A stretch of 57,960 nucleotides of DNA, filler included, from Sphacelaria rigidula (GCA_964200075.2; 9 parts of 9 records of this genome joined end to end with filler, not necessarily neighbours in it); one strand, 5' to 3'; counted from the first letter of the whole stretch, positions 25,324-37,369 are shown. The notes: generated from the letters alone by a model not told the origin. Program-made: numbers and translations.

Positions 25324-26161
25324 TGACAGGACTCGGGGGAGGGCGACTTATGTCGCCGACGTAAGTGTGTGTTTGCAGATGGATGAGTAATTTGGATGGG
25401 GACGTCTGATGTGGCGATGAATAGTGAAACTGATACACGGCAATAGACAAGCTGGATCAAGGAGGAGTGGTGTGATCACGTTAGATGAAAGAGATGAGAA
25501 CCGAGGTGGAATAGTTGGTTAAATATGCACAGAAGGAACACGACCCTACGTGCGGACTACATTGCCGGGCTTGGAAAACGTAGGGGTGGGGGGGGGGCGT
25601 ACTCATTGGTTGCTTGCCTTAGTCATTTGACCATTGACAGGGGTGGGGGGGGGGGGGGGATCCGCCCGTCGGCTTGGTTCGTGTGGGGGCTGGTGCGGTT
25701 GCGTTNNNNNNNNNNNNNNNNNNNNNNNNNNNNNNNNNNNNNNNNNNNNTTAATTAATTAANNNNNNNNNNNNNNNNNNNNNNNNNNNNNNNNNNNNNNN
25801 NNNNNGAGTACACCACCCCCCCCCCTCTCCCAAGTATGGATATCAAGGTGCACTCTGAAATCAACAATATTTCACCGAGGAGTTTTTTGCGGCGAGTTCG
25901 CGTAAACTCTACTGGATCGATGGATGGGGTCATTCCTATGTGTGTGTGTTGTTCACAGGGAATGGTGAAGTGTTCCGCGGAGAAAGAAAATGCCCGACAT
26001 GTTCAGCGTTCGTTGGTAGGCGATTTCGTGCTGCTGTGATACTTGAATATGTGTGCTGATGTTTTTGTTTTGTTTTGTGCTCTTTGACTGCGCGGAATTT
26101 TGTTTTTCTCCACGTATGATTTTCGGGGGACACGTTTTTGTCGGTTTACATGATGGCACTA

Positions 26162-27136
26162 CTGTTATGGGGGTAAACGAGGGCCGATTTTGGACACTAT
26201 ATTTGGGGAAAGTGTGCATCGACACCTGTCTGCAAAATAAAGGAAGCCTAAACGAGCTACTCAGCATCAATCACATGTACACGCGTCACGTAAAAATAAC
26301 GACCTGGCTCGTATAAAATATACTATAAAAATAGTACATTTCTATAACAAGTCTATGACTGACGTTGCTGTAAAATCTGTACACAGAAGAACAACAGCAT
26401 GAGGATACAAGCTGCTGCTTCTGTCGTTGTTGTGCCCCTGTTGTTGCACTAGGGTATGCTGCAGTTTGTTGCTGTAGCACTCGAGAAGCACACACCCGCA
26501 GGCTACCACATCACGTGCCCCGCCCTTTTGAACATCACGAGACAATAATACGAGCAACAGTAGTAGTAGTGGCTGCCACACACCACAGAAGCAGCAGGAA
26601 ACGTTTCCCTGGCATACCGCTAGTACCGCCAAGATGCTGCTGATCCCAAACCTAAAAGCGACAATATTTTAACGCGGATTTCTCGGCAAGCAAGCAGAGG
26701 ATTGGACTGCGGTTTCTTGCGTGCGCTTGCCACACACCCAAAGTAGGGAACCATCAAATAGCATTCCTTGACGCGTTCCACAAACGCTGGAACAAACCAA
26801 AATGTACTCAAAAGGGCTGTCTTATACTGTTTTGGAAACTTTTTTTAAGTCCGCTGTGGCGATCTGAGCAATTTTAAGCTACGGTCCCCTAGCTTTTATG
26901 TGTGTGCGGAGGGCTGTAAAGTGCCACGGGCCGACTTGCTTCCTGTGCCGAGGAAAACGCGATGGAAGTGCTGCACGGCCGTATACTAAAACCAAGTTTA
27001 TTACGGACGAAAACTGTTTTCTACAATATTCGGAATAGCTCAGAACAGCTGATGACGTGTTCACTATTCCTCCGTGTTTTTATTTTTTTTCTGGACATTT
27101 TTTGGTCGTTATGGCCCTCATTCACCCCCATAACTG
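26162..27136 (-). mobile_element. Shorter member of the CWGTTATGGG TIR family (copy 3, ~975 bp)
   Basis: TA|CTGTTATGGGGGTAAACGAGGG ... CCCTCATTCACCCCCATAACTG|TA; reverse complement of 26880-27110 resembles the left ends of copies 1 and 2. Confidence 0.78.
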
Positions 27137-27445
27137 TACGTAATGCCGGCGAATGAGGACCGCACTGCGGCAGGAATGAAAAGGCGATAGGAAGATATTG
27201 TCCGCGTGGCAAGTATATCACAATAGTACAGTATATTCTAGTACCATACCCAATGTGTGCCTTCATGTTGTTCTCATCGTCCATGGAATCAATTACCGAA
27301 ACGCTTCTCCGATTCAACCATTCGATCGACTGAGGGTCAACGTATTCCAATTGCAACAGCGTGCCAGGATTTCCGACCTTTCTGGACCAAAACGTACTGA
27401 GCATGTATGTCGAAATGACTCACGGAACGTCAACGAACCAAACAG

Positions 27446-27615
27446 GCGTGGCTCTACCTCGTCCTAGACGAAGCGCACCTGCTGCGCAACCCCAGCACGA
27501 GAGTCGCCAAAGCTGCGAGGGAGCTGAGGTCGAGTCACCGCGTTGGGCTGACCGGCACGCCTATTCAGAACTCTGTGCTGGAGCTGTGGTCCCTGTTCCA
27601 GTTTCTCATGCCAGG
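27446..27615 (+). CDS. MOT1: MOT1/BTAF1-like Snf2 ATPase, internal exon (motifs II-III)
   Basis: cag|AWLYLVLDEAHLLRNPSTRVAKAARELRSSHRVGLTGTPIQNSVLELWSLFQFLMPG|gtgag. Confidence 0.88.
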
Positions 27616-28061
27616 GTGAGGGAGGAGCAAAAATAGTGCCAATGGGTTCATCGTTTGCTGCACGAAGTTCTGTTTATTGTAGCCGTAGTGTCGGCAAAAA
27701 TGCTGTACTGTCTTGTGTGGAATGGATGGCCAAGTGTTGGGCCGTTCGCTGCTGTTCTTGTGAGTGGCTTCGGCCAGTAGCAGTACATCCTCGTCCTGGC
27801 TCCGCGCTTTTTACAGTCTAGCTCAACAAGAGATTCACAATCCAGGGGCGAGAGATGCTACTGAGTAATGCCGCGATAGCCCCCTCCCCCCCCGCAAATT
27901 AGCACCAAAACTGCAACGGACAAATTGGTCATACGGCGCATAATAGCTGCTTTCAGACGGAATGGGACGCCTCATATGGGCGACATCAGTGAAAACGATC
28001 CCTAAGCGTGGGAGTTTACAGGTGCTCGGTGTGCTCGGCTTTTGTCATCTTGAATTATATA

Positions 28062-28193
28062 TTAGCCTGTCACCACAGAAAGCGTCCGCATCAGATACCC
28101 AGTACAGAGTACTACGCAGATATCGGAACGGTTTCTAATGTGAAGACCAAAACAACGGCAACAACAACAACAGCAACAACGACAACAACAACA
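28062..28193 (+). mobile_element. Short (CAA)n-tailed SINE-like repeat; sister copy at 45970-46102
   Basis: Both start TTAGCCTGT.ACCAC, share CCCAGTACAGAGTA and TATCGGAACGGTTT, and end in a CAA microsatellite tail. Confidence 0.75.
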
Positions 28194-28347
28194 TTGTAAA
28201 CTTTGCCTCTTCACCGCGGCCACTTTACTGGGGGGTTGCTATCGTACATTCGTCTACTCGTGTTCCGCAGTCTTGACCTGATGTTCTGCGGTTCAAACAC
28301 TTTACTGTGACCGTTTTTCGTTTTCCTCTTTTTCTCCGTGATATCAG

Positions 28348-28474
28348 GTATCTGGGCGACCGCCGGTCTTTCCAGAGAGATGTGGTGAGGCCGGTGCGCC
28401 TGGCGCTGTCCTCAGAAGGTGACGGTAAGGCCACCGTGGAAGGTCTGAAGGAACTCGATCACCTGCATCACCAG
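28348..28474 (+). CDS. MOT1: MOT1/BTAF1-like exon
   Basis: cag|g YLGDRRSFQRDVVRPV..GLKELDHLHHQ|gtatt; phase-compatible with neighbouring exons. Confidence 0.85.
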
Positions 28475-29359
28475 GTATTGAGCGTCTTCCGCGCTTGAAA
28501 ATGTCTCTTGTGCCGCCAATTCCCCCTCTTTCGTTATGGTGTCGTTGTCCACAAGGTAGTTGTCATACTTCAACACGTTCTTGGCACGCGTGCACTGCTT
28601 CCTTTTGGCTGAGCTCCCAGTGGAAGCATTGCCTCTTCAACTGCGATCCCTCGTAAGATTGCTGACGATTGTCTGCGACCATTGTTACTAGTTTATGTGA
28701 TGCTGCACGCCTATTCGTAGCAACAGGTGGATGTTGACGGTTTGTGAAGGTAATTGTGTGGGAGATCCCTTGACAGGTATTGCCGCTAAGCACAACATAC
28801 ATGCTCTCTCTGCCTATGCTTTGACAGTCTTGGTACTCTTGGCGTTGTATTGGCACACCTTGGGTAGGTATTGCCCTTCGCGTCACGTTGCCTGAACTAC
28901 ACTGTAGATTGTCACTGCTGCTGTGTACATACAGACTGTTCGTCATCAGCGACTAAGTACAACAGCACAATAAAATCAGAGCCATCGATATCTACTGTAC
29001 ACACGCATTCTACACGATACTTTACCAATGGCGTGCCCTATAACAGTGCACAACCATTTTGACAACACAAGGGGACCCCTTGCAGACGGGTCAAAAATAG
29101 TCTCTTTGTTCTTCGTCACACTTTTAATCCCTCCCTTTCCTCCGGACGAGTCCGTGGTTTGTCTCGAGGAATCAGCCCATCTCTCCCTCCCTCGGTGCAC
29201 ACCTTACACGGTGGTATCGCTGATTGGATCATGATCAACACTCTTGGACCGCCTAGACCCTTGTCGAATGAAGTCTCTTCGCTACTCAAGTCCTCACCTA
29301 ACGTTGTTAAGGACGGGAACCAGATACTGCACACTGTGCTTGCTCCTCAAGAAGGAGAA

Positions 29360-29451
29360 GAAAAAAATGCAAATGCGTTTGCCGGGAATTGAACCCGCAT
29401 CCTTCCATCTCATCATAGTGGTTTTTTAGCCGTACCAATTAAGCCACCGGG
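29360..29451 (-). mobile_element. tRNA-derived SINE-like / tRNA pseudogene
   Basis: Minus strand: A-box TGGCTTAATTGG, B-box GGTTCAATTCC, then a T-run; acceptor stem does not close. Confidence 0.6.
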
Positions 29452-29918
29452 ACGTGGCGACGCAAGTACTGCAGTAGAAAGCGCCTCGTTTCATCACGTG
29501 CTCAAATAGCCCAGCGATTTCTACAGTTTGGGTTAGATAAAGCAGACCGCGAGGGGTACAAAGATGGGAAATCTGTACCAGGACATGATGGATCATGCTA
29601 CCAATCGTATCTGTCGAGATGGTAACCCCCTCCCCTCCTCTCGGCCTGCTGTTCGACCCAGAAATTTCCTGGAAACACGCGTCGTTGCGATGGATAGCAT
29701 TTCCGTCCCCAACTCCCTCGCGCGCTTTCAAGCCCGGAACTGTCGGCCGCCGACACCATTCGAAACCGAAACTCGCAATGAAAGGGTTAACGAAGCGCAG
29801 ACGTCCACTTCCCCCCACACAAGAATACAAGAAGCAAGCAAACAAACAAGCAAACGAACGAACGAACGAACGAACGAGACGCTTTACCGCCTCACGCTTC
29901 ACGCTTCACGTGTGACAG

Positions 29919-30045
29919 GTGCTACCGTTTGTGCTTCGGCGAGAAAAGACCGAGGTTTTGGCTGACCTTCCTCCCAAGATCATCACCGAAATCATGTGCA
30001 ATCTGACTCCGACACAGCGCCGGCTGCACAACATATGGGAGCGAG
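29919..30045 (+). CDS. MOT1: MOT1/BTAF1-like exon
   Basis: VLPFVLRREKTEVLADLPPKIITEIMCNLTPTQRRL matches the Mot1 pattern LHxQVLPFxLRRxKxxVLxDLPPKII. Confidence 0.9.
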
Positions 30046-30631
30046 GTGAGGTCTACTCGAAGTGGTTTGCTCCGACGCCAGGGTTATGTCGGATAAACCA
30101 GTGCCCCTAGCACACACGAGACTGCGGTGAATGTCCGTCGATAGTGTCAAGGCACCGAGTTGTCTATCGTTCGTGCAGCCAAGCGCCGGAGCACAAAGCA
30201 TGATATGATCGGCAAAACGGGGAGTGATGGCCGTTGTCATTGTCAGAACCAAAGCATCTGCAATAACACCATGTACAAGTCAAGCCGAGATCTCCTTGCG
30301 CTCAAGTCATGCTACTGGCGAGCAGGCGAGGTCTTCACCCTGTAAACCCAGTATCTTTGTGACACTCGGGTATCTTCTCTCAGTGCCGGTCGTGTGATGG
30401 TAGCATATTTATTTCAACAAACAACATTCGCCCCATCAACGCAGAATCACCTTTTTGTGGGAGGAGAACGGCAGGGAGAGGTTGTAGGAGGGGGGGGGGC
30501 AGGTCTGAGTTGCGTGAAATGGCTGCGCGTGCGCTTGCGTCCCGTTAGTACGTCCTTATGCAGTTTCTATTGTCAAGTCATCATTGCCTCCCTGTCTCTC
30601 GCCTACCCCCCTACTTTGACTGCTGGTGCAG

Positions 30632-30855
30632 GGGCAGGAGGTAATGTCCTCGCGGCCGTGGCAGCAGCGGAAGAAGCTCAAAAGGCAGCACAGCAGATGA
30701 AGCAAAAGACCGCCAGTGTTGAAGCAGCAGCAGCAGCAAGTGATGGTTCACCTGCTGTTCCGAGAACTGAGGAGGGCACCGGAGAAATTTCGCCATCGGA
30801 GGCTGCTGCCAATGCGGTTGCCGCGAGAAAATCTCGCTTGTCGGTTGGAGCGCAG
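30632..30855 (+). CDS. MOT1: MOT1/BTAF1-like exon (Ala-rich low-complexity linker)
   Basis: cag acceptor, gtaac donor; bridges phase 1 to phase 0 as the flanking exons require. Confidence 0.75.
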
Positions 30856-31320
30856 GTAACCCCTGCCGGGTTTTTTTTCTTTTCCAGGTTTTGTGCCGTC
30901 ACTCTTTGTTCCGTTTCACCAGTGGTTTTTCATGGTGTGCAGTTGTAATTTGCGTTCTGACGAGGCATACCCTATCCTGTGGACCTAAGCGGTCTTTTCA
31001 TTATTCCTGTGAGCCAACCACCGAAACCGTTTGCTTTGTCAGGAGACGAGACATCTGAGAATAGACGGTATATTTCTTCCTTTGCCCACCCTCTCACGAT
31101 AACGACGCCTACGTACCTCCGCACACGCATATCGGATTACCATCCTTTCTTTGTTTCGTCTTGTTCCATGATGCCGCGCTCGCCGCGCCCGCTGTGGGGT
31201 CTGCTGCGATGACCCCTATCCGTGCTCGCGTTGTTATCTTTGGTTCACGTCGCTCAGGCTGTGTGGTCTGAGTTGATGATCCCCCGTGCGTGTACTGCTT
31301 TAGCCGCTACTCATGTCTAA

Positions 31321-31652
31321 CCCCCTTCCCCCCAAGGTGAGACACCCATGGGGCAGTGTGTAGCCCGCGGCTGTTTCTGGAAGTGGCGGCACTAGGAAAA
31401 AAAACAAATTATTGTAGGCTGTCATCCATATGCAAGATAATCAGTACGCCTCAGGCCGAACAATTTTAGCAGGATACAGCTCACTCTTCATGCGACTCGC
31501 CGAAGAGATGATGGCGCTTCGCGCTTGGTGATTGCGAGCCTGGTCCGGCGAAAACCCGGCGTGCTCTGTCCCGACTCCTTGGGCATGCGAGGTCAACGAT
31601 CAAATGACCACGGTACGCAAGATCATGAGTACCCCCCCCCCCCCCCCCCCCC
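31321..31652 (+). mobile_element. Complete copy of an abundant ~330-bp element ending ...GATCATGAGTA-poly(C)
   Basis: Homologous segments at 19085-19254 (+), 38708-39030 (-, tandem junction) and end fragments at 11872-11946, 25584-25640, 25806-25828, 45034-45058. Confidence 0.85.
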
Positions 31653-31677
31653 ACCTCGGTGCGTGTTGTCTTGTCAG

Positions 31678-31838
31678 GCTCTGGCTTGCCTCTCTCGACT
31701 GCAGCTGCTGTGCGTGCACCCGGCTCTCGTGCTCGCCGAGGGAAGCAACAAGCGACGGGTCGCGGCTGAAGATGTGCGTCTCTCCGGGAAACTGGTGGCA
31801 CTGAGGGAGCTGCTGTGGGGTGCAGGCATCGGCAAGAG
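31678..31838 (+). CDS. MOT1: MOT1/BTAF1-like exon
   Basis: ALACLSRLQLLCVHPALVL..DVRLSGKLVALRELLWGAGIG resembles Mot1 LRKLCNHPxLV..KLxALxxLLxxCGIG. Confidence 0.85.
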
Positions 31839-32079
31839 GTGAATATTACAGAACCTACGATGTTTTGTAGTTGTTATCTGCGCATCGTGCCCAGTAAATG
31901 AACTTTCTCGTCGTGTACTTGACGTTTCAGGAGCAGCGCTTGATTTGCTGCATCCTCGCTGCCCAGTTTTGTGTGGGCGACGCCCTGAGGGTTCGGGTTT
32001 TCATCTCATCAAACGTTTCACGACAATCTCTGGGTTGTGTTGGCGACTGTTCGCGATCAACTTTTTTCTGGCGCGCATG

Positions 32080-32127
<48 letters not shown>

Positions 32128-32256
32128 ACCCCTCACCCCACCACCCCCACACACACNNNNNNNNNNNNNNNNNNNNNNNNNNNNNNNNNNNNNNNNNNNN
32201 TTAATTAATTAANNNNNNNNNNNNNNNNNNNNNNNNNNNNNNNNNNNNNNNNNNNN

Positions 32257-32885
32257 CGTCGGTCTTTCGTGATCGCGGGGGGTAATGGAGCGTCGTGCCG
32301 TTGCGATCTCGCGGCTGGTGTCAGGGTCAAGCTAGGCTCGTCCGTCCCCAACGGGTGGTGTTCACATCATCGATGGTTGGTCCAAGCAACGGGTTGTTAC
32401 CGTCACGCAAATATAAATAGGGACAGAACAGGAGTAGCGTTCAGCACTACAGTACAGAGGAACGTTCGCCCAACGGAAACACTCAGAGAACACACCCATC
32501 ACGTCTATCTGGGCCGCGCTATAGACCTCTGTCACTCAAGATCAGACGGCTGTGTGGACCCCTCCCATCACGGGCGCATAGACTTCAGCAGATTTAGGTT
32601 TTCATGCATGAACCCTCAGCTGTTCATTGTACAGGAGAGCAGAATCATAGCCTCTCTCCAACGGAGTGTGATCCTGTCCTCCTGTGTAATGAACAGCTGA
32701 GGGTCAACACACGAACAACTGAAGCTGCTGAAGTCTATGTGCCCATCATGCGCACGTGGACTATGAAGAGCTGAGGGTTAATACATGAATACCTCAAGCC
32801 GCTGAAGTCTATGTGCCCATGATGGAAGGGGTCCACATAGCTGTCTGATCTTGAGTGATGAAGGTCTATCACGCGTAGCAACCAG
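32257..32885 (+). repeat. Left arm of a long inverted repeat pair (partner 37443-37933), interrupted by a MITE
   Basis: 32257-32406 matches the reverse complement of 37784-37933 with one mismatch; 32410-32520 matches 37451-37562 more loosely. Confidence 0.85.
32521..32869. mobile_element. MITE-like foldback element
   Basis: ATAGACCT..TCACTCAAGATCAGAC.GCT.TGTGGACCCCT pairs with 32826-32869; internal partial duplication of one arm. Confidence 0.75.
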
Positions 32886-33237
32886 ATAATGGATGATGAT
32901 GGCGATGTACGTTTTGTACTGTGCACGACGGCAGTACGGCACTTTCCATGTGCGAGTTCTTCACGACACGAGAACACCGTAGGTGGTGGGGGTACGTGTT
33001 GGACGGATGTTGAGAGTAACGTGAGCCGTCAAATCGCTTGTCCTGCGACGTACAATACGAGTGTTGATAAGACACTGGTGTTGCAGTTTGGCGGGTATTA
33101 CCCGACCGCATATCCAACTCAAAGTAATGTGATCGCACAACTGCCACTGGTTAGTTACTGTATTTAGCAACACCTTGTCGATGAGACCCCTTTTTCGCCT
33201 GTGACCCTCTACAGTATCGCGACATTTAGAAGTCGGG

Positions 33238-33517
33238 TATAGAGCCCTCTTGGACTCAGAACAAAGTCACAAGGCTGCTCCAAGGGCTTCCTCCCTCACT
33301 AGGGCTTGGAGACTTCAAGACAGTTGCTATTCACAAACACACAGTCTTCGTTATCGGAAGTAAAAACATGCGTGACGCATGTGATGACCAAATCCACATA
33401 GTCTGCCGATCAGACCCGCAAGTCCGTCAACCAATAGAAGACGCCTACAGCAGATGGTTCCACTTGTATACCCCCATGGACCTGCACGTACGTGTACTGG
33501 AGGTGGACTAATTTGCA
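33238..33517 (-). repeat. 3' LTR
   Basis: Direct repeat of 37090-37369 with decayed termini. Confidence 0.92.
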
Positions 33518-34490
33518 GCACCCCCCAAAACTCCGCATTACTCGAAGTAGAACGCGAGTTGGACACACATTAGACACCGACTAGCACGTATGCTACCTTT
33601 ATCCCCCCGGTAGTGACACACGACCTTGTACTGTCATGTTCCACAAACAATGATAACGCACACAACCCTGAACATCGACACTCAAAGCCAATGTCGCAAG
33701 CGAACTCAGGGAAGTCAACCGTTCTTCAACAGTATTTCCAGTCGTGGCATACTCACACACATAGCAAACGCGCCAAGGATGATACCATTTTGAACCGTAG
33801 CATTCGATCATATCACGAACTCAAAGCTTGATACCGTACTTTGCCTACAGCCGTGCCCGCACCTTTTGACTCAGTTCCATCTGATGCAGCTCAGAACAAA
33901 TATGCGGTTTTCCTTCCAGACAAATGGGCACACCATCCACATTCTCCGTTTTTTAGATGCGAAACACCATCCATGCGCTGATCCAAACACATGACAAGCC
34001 ATCAAAGATGTGCCATAGTAAAAGATCACTGTATTCGCGAACGATTTCTTTTACCGTCAACCTGTGAAAACACTCACGTTATACTTGTACTATACAAGCC
34101 TACGCATTTCGTAGTTTCCGCCCATTTTCACGCCAGCAGTAGCAATCACCATCTCCTACAGTCAGTTTCTGCAAACCGCACAACGATGATTCCACTTTTT
34201 GCGCGAACAATAGTATACGAGATTATTTCATTCAGCGCACAGCAGTGTGTTGAAAACTGCCTCACTCTGACTCTTCATCAGACACCATGCACATCAGTCA
34301 CACATGCATGCTCATATTTCATTCAGCAGCTTCTTTGCAGAAACCACCATGTACCATGCGTGCCAGCCGGAGCAACACAAGACACAGGTCCAGGAACCAC
34401 ACAACCACCACCTACAATCGTCCACAAAACGATTCAGGTATACAAGTCACAATGTCCTTCCTCATTCTCAACAAGCAATTCCACTTGTAC

Positions 34491-35700
34491 TTAGTCCTTA
34501 ACATCACCCAACCCGGCGCTCACCGCAACATCGAGCACCTCAGGAAATGCCTGCCTTGTAATTCTCCTGCGCTCCTCCTGAGATACGGCAGGTCTCCGGC
34601 TACAGTCTCGTCCACACCGTAGAGTAGCATTTCTAGTCGAACAATCCCTCCTCGCATCATGGATGCAGCTACAGCTCTCACAGCTGTCCCGAAAACCAGT
34701 GTTCAATGCCCACTGCACGGCAGGTACCAAACCCACCCAGGCTTTGGCATCGCGTCTTCCTCCCTGCATTATGACCATCAAGGTACGAACAATGTCACGC
34801 ACCATTCGCTCACATTCACGATGTGGCAACCGCGAGTAGGCCACCACGAATCTGCGATCCATCAGCGCCTTGAGCACTCTCACCACACGATTTTCATATT
34901 GCGATACCGTGTCGCTGACCCATCCCTCCTGCGGCCCCAGCGCTTTGCACCATGTCAACAGATGCTTCAGCGTCGTCACCGCCGTACAAGACTCCGCGGG
35001 CTCCAACCGCACGAAGTCGCCCGGGTCATCCATCCCTACCAATATGTACTTGAACCGATCTCCTTTGTCCAAGCAATTCTCTCCCAGCGGACCAGCCTCG
35101 CCAATACTGAGAAAATTTAAATGAAAAACCTTCCCTGGGCGAGCACCATGCACCCCCTCCTTGTGGGGACGGGAAACTTCCTCCCCCGCCTTGTATGCAC
35201 TCATCGAGCGAAAGCAGGACTTCTCGGGCGTTGAAATCGCCGCTCTCACCCACACTACCTGCAAACTGCAGTACACGAGTCCGAGCGCTACCAATGTTGC
35301 GATGCAGCGTGCCAACAACACCATCCTGACCGGAAAGCACGCCCTCGGCCGAGCCTTTGCCTCCACAGCAACAGGTTTAAACTTCACCTTCAAGGGTTCG
35401 ACGCGAGCCGGTGGATAACCATGCAGCACTCGCAAAAAAAAGCTCGCTCTGTTCCGTACAGGCTCACGAATACAATCTCAACATTGCCATTTGCCAATTT
35501 CACCAGCTGTTCATCAACCATCGGTGTCACCACTCGAACATCTGGAACCATAGCGTGTAATTTCGCCGCTACACCAGCTGACATGGTCGTAAGTCCAGAT
35601 CCCGAGTCTGAAATGACCTTGACCGGACAAATACCATTTTCCCCTGCACTCGGGATAGACAAGTCGGCAAGACACCACCACCTTTCCTTATTATCTACTT
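34491..35700 (-). pseudogene. Pol remnant: aspartic protease, RT N-terminal stub, integrase core
   Basis: VISDSGSGLTTMS (protease); PPARVEPLKVKFKP..KARPR (RT start); VFHLNFL, YILVGMDD, WVSDTVSQYEN, ERMVRDI, VPAVQWALNT (integrase). Confidence 0.85.
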
Positions 35701-35835
35701 GCAGACCCTCAGATTGAAAACCTGACACCTCACCCGCTTTGAGCGATCTACATGCTGGCACCGCCGCAGAGTTCGAACCCGGGAAGGAGTGCGATGAGAT
35801 GGTCTGCTGCACGCCACCAGTAGAAGCGACCGGTT

Positions 35836-36929
35836 CTAGTGGAAACGTCGCCCCCCCGCTGGGAGCACTTTGTCCATCGGCTGAAAGACAGCCCTTGTAG
35901 GGGCGGGACTCGTGCTCCCTCCGCGAGGCACCTGTCCAGGGCCCTGCGACAGCTGCTGTTGTTGTTGCTGCTTGTCGCCAGCCTTCGTCTGCCCACCGTC
36001 ACTACGTTGTGTATCAGCAGCCTGGCCTTGCTGTTTGCAATCCTTCCGGAAATGGCCCTTGTCTCCACATATGAAACATCCTGCATAGTTTGGGCCTGGT
36101 TTGCGGATTTTCCCGGAACTGGCAGTCCCATTTCCATTGCTCGCCGTTTTTCCACCATTTGGTTGGGTCTTGCTTCCGGAAGTCCCGCTGCCACTCGTTT
36201 GTTTCAGCTGCGGCTGCTGACGGCGCTGCTTGTCCGCCGCTCCCACCGTCTTCCATGCCTCCGCTGCTTCCCGAGACATGTTATACACAAGCCCAGGGTC
36301 CTCCTTCCACCCCCCCTTCATGTTCAACATGTTGAGGACTTTAGTTTCGAATTCGGGGGAGTCAGTCCATTCAACATTTCCTGAGTGATGATTTGAGCGG
36401 GTCCTGGTTTGAAATCTGCATTATCGCGGAACGCACGCTCAGTGCTCGCATTCTCCGCACAAAAACCCTCCAGGGCACCCCACTGCCCTTCTACTCTTCC
36501 CATTACAGTTTGCTCGTTGCGGGCCGCCAACGCTTTCCGCACATCAGCGGCAGCAACTAGAGGATCAGTTTCTTCATCCTGCCAACATTTCGCATGTCGG
36601 CCTAGTGCCTCCTTGAGATCATCTTCGGCAGGCACGGACCCGTCGAATGTCGTGCGTGACAAACACGCACGAATGTGCTTCGGCACCAGTTCAGTAACAG
36701 TCAATAAGACGGCCTTCATACTACGTCCTCTGTTGTTCATTTTGACCGCCTCTTCATACTCGACGTATTTCTGATAAAAACGTCGGGACGCATTTTCGCT
36801 AAAATGCCGTCCGTACTCTGGGGCTTTCAGCGATCCTGCAGGCATAGTAAGCTCAGTAAACTTATGCTTTACCTCTTCGCCTGCATTGCCATCACCCACT
36901 TTCTTGCGCGTTGCAATAGCTGCACGCAA
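35836..36929 (-). pseudogene. Gag with CCHC zinc knuckle (frameshifted near 36330)
   Basis: CFICGDKGHFRKDC = C-x2-C-x4-H-x4-C. Confidence 0.8.
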
Positions 36930-37089
36930 CAGTTCCAGCCAACCTGGCCGTCTCTCTGTTGTCAGCGAGATCCCTCACTTTACAGAGTGCACACTACTGT
37001 GTACAAATTTTGATGTAATTTCTCCGCAGCTGCCCACAGCTGAAAAACCTCTTTCAGAAACCAGCGGGTTCCTCTAAATAAATGTTTAT

Positions 37090-37369
37090 TGTAGAGCCCT
37101 CTTGGACTCAGAACAAAGTCACAAGACTGCTCCAAGGGCTTCCTCCCTCACTAGGGCTTGGAGACTTCAAGACAGTTGCTATTCACAAACACACAGTCTT
37201 CGTTATCGGAAGTAAAAACATGCGTGAAGCATGTGATGACCAAATCCACATAGTCTGCCGATCAGACCCGCAAGTCCGTCAACCAATAGAAAACGCCTAC
37301 AGCAGATTGTTCCACCTGTATACCCCCATGGACCTACACGTACGTGTACTGGAGGTGGACTACTCTACA
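37090..37369 (-). repeat. 5' LTR (TGTAGAG...CTCTACA)
   Basis: 7-bp terminal inverted repeat; ~10 mismatches to 33238-33517 by manual count. Confidence 0.92.

Larger units (their letters stand above)
33238..37369 (-). mobile_element. Ty3/gypsy LTR retrotransposon, internally deleted and non-autonomous
   Basis: Two 280-bp LTRs; gag, CCHC knuckle, protease, RT stub fused to integrase; G-rich PPT-like tract at 33518-33535. Confidence 0.92.
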
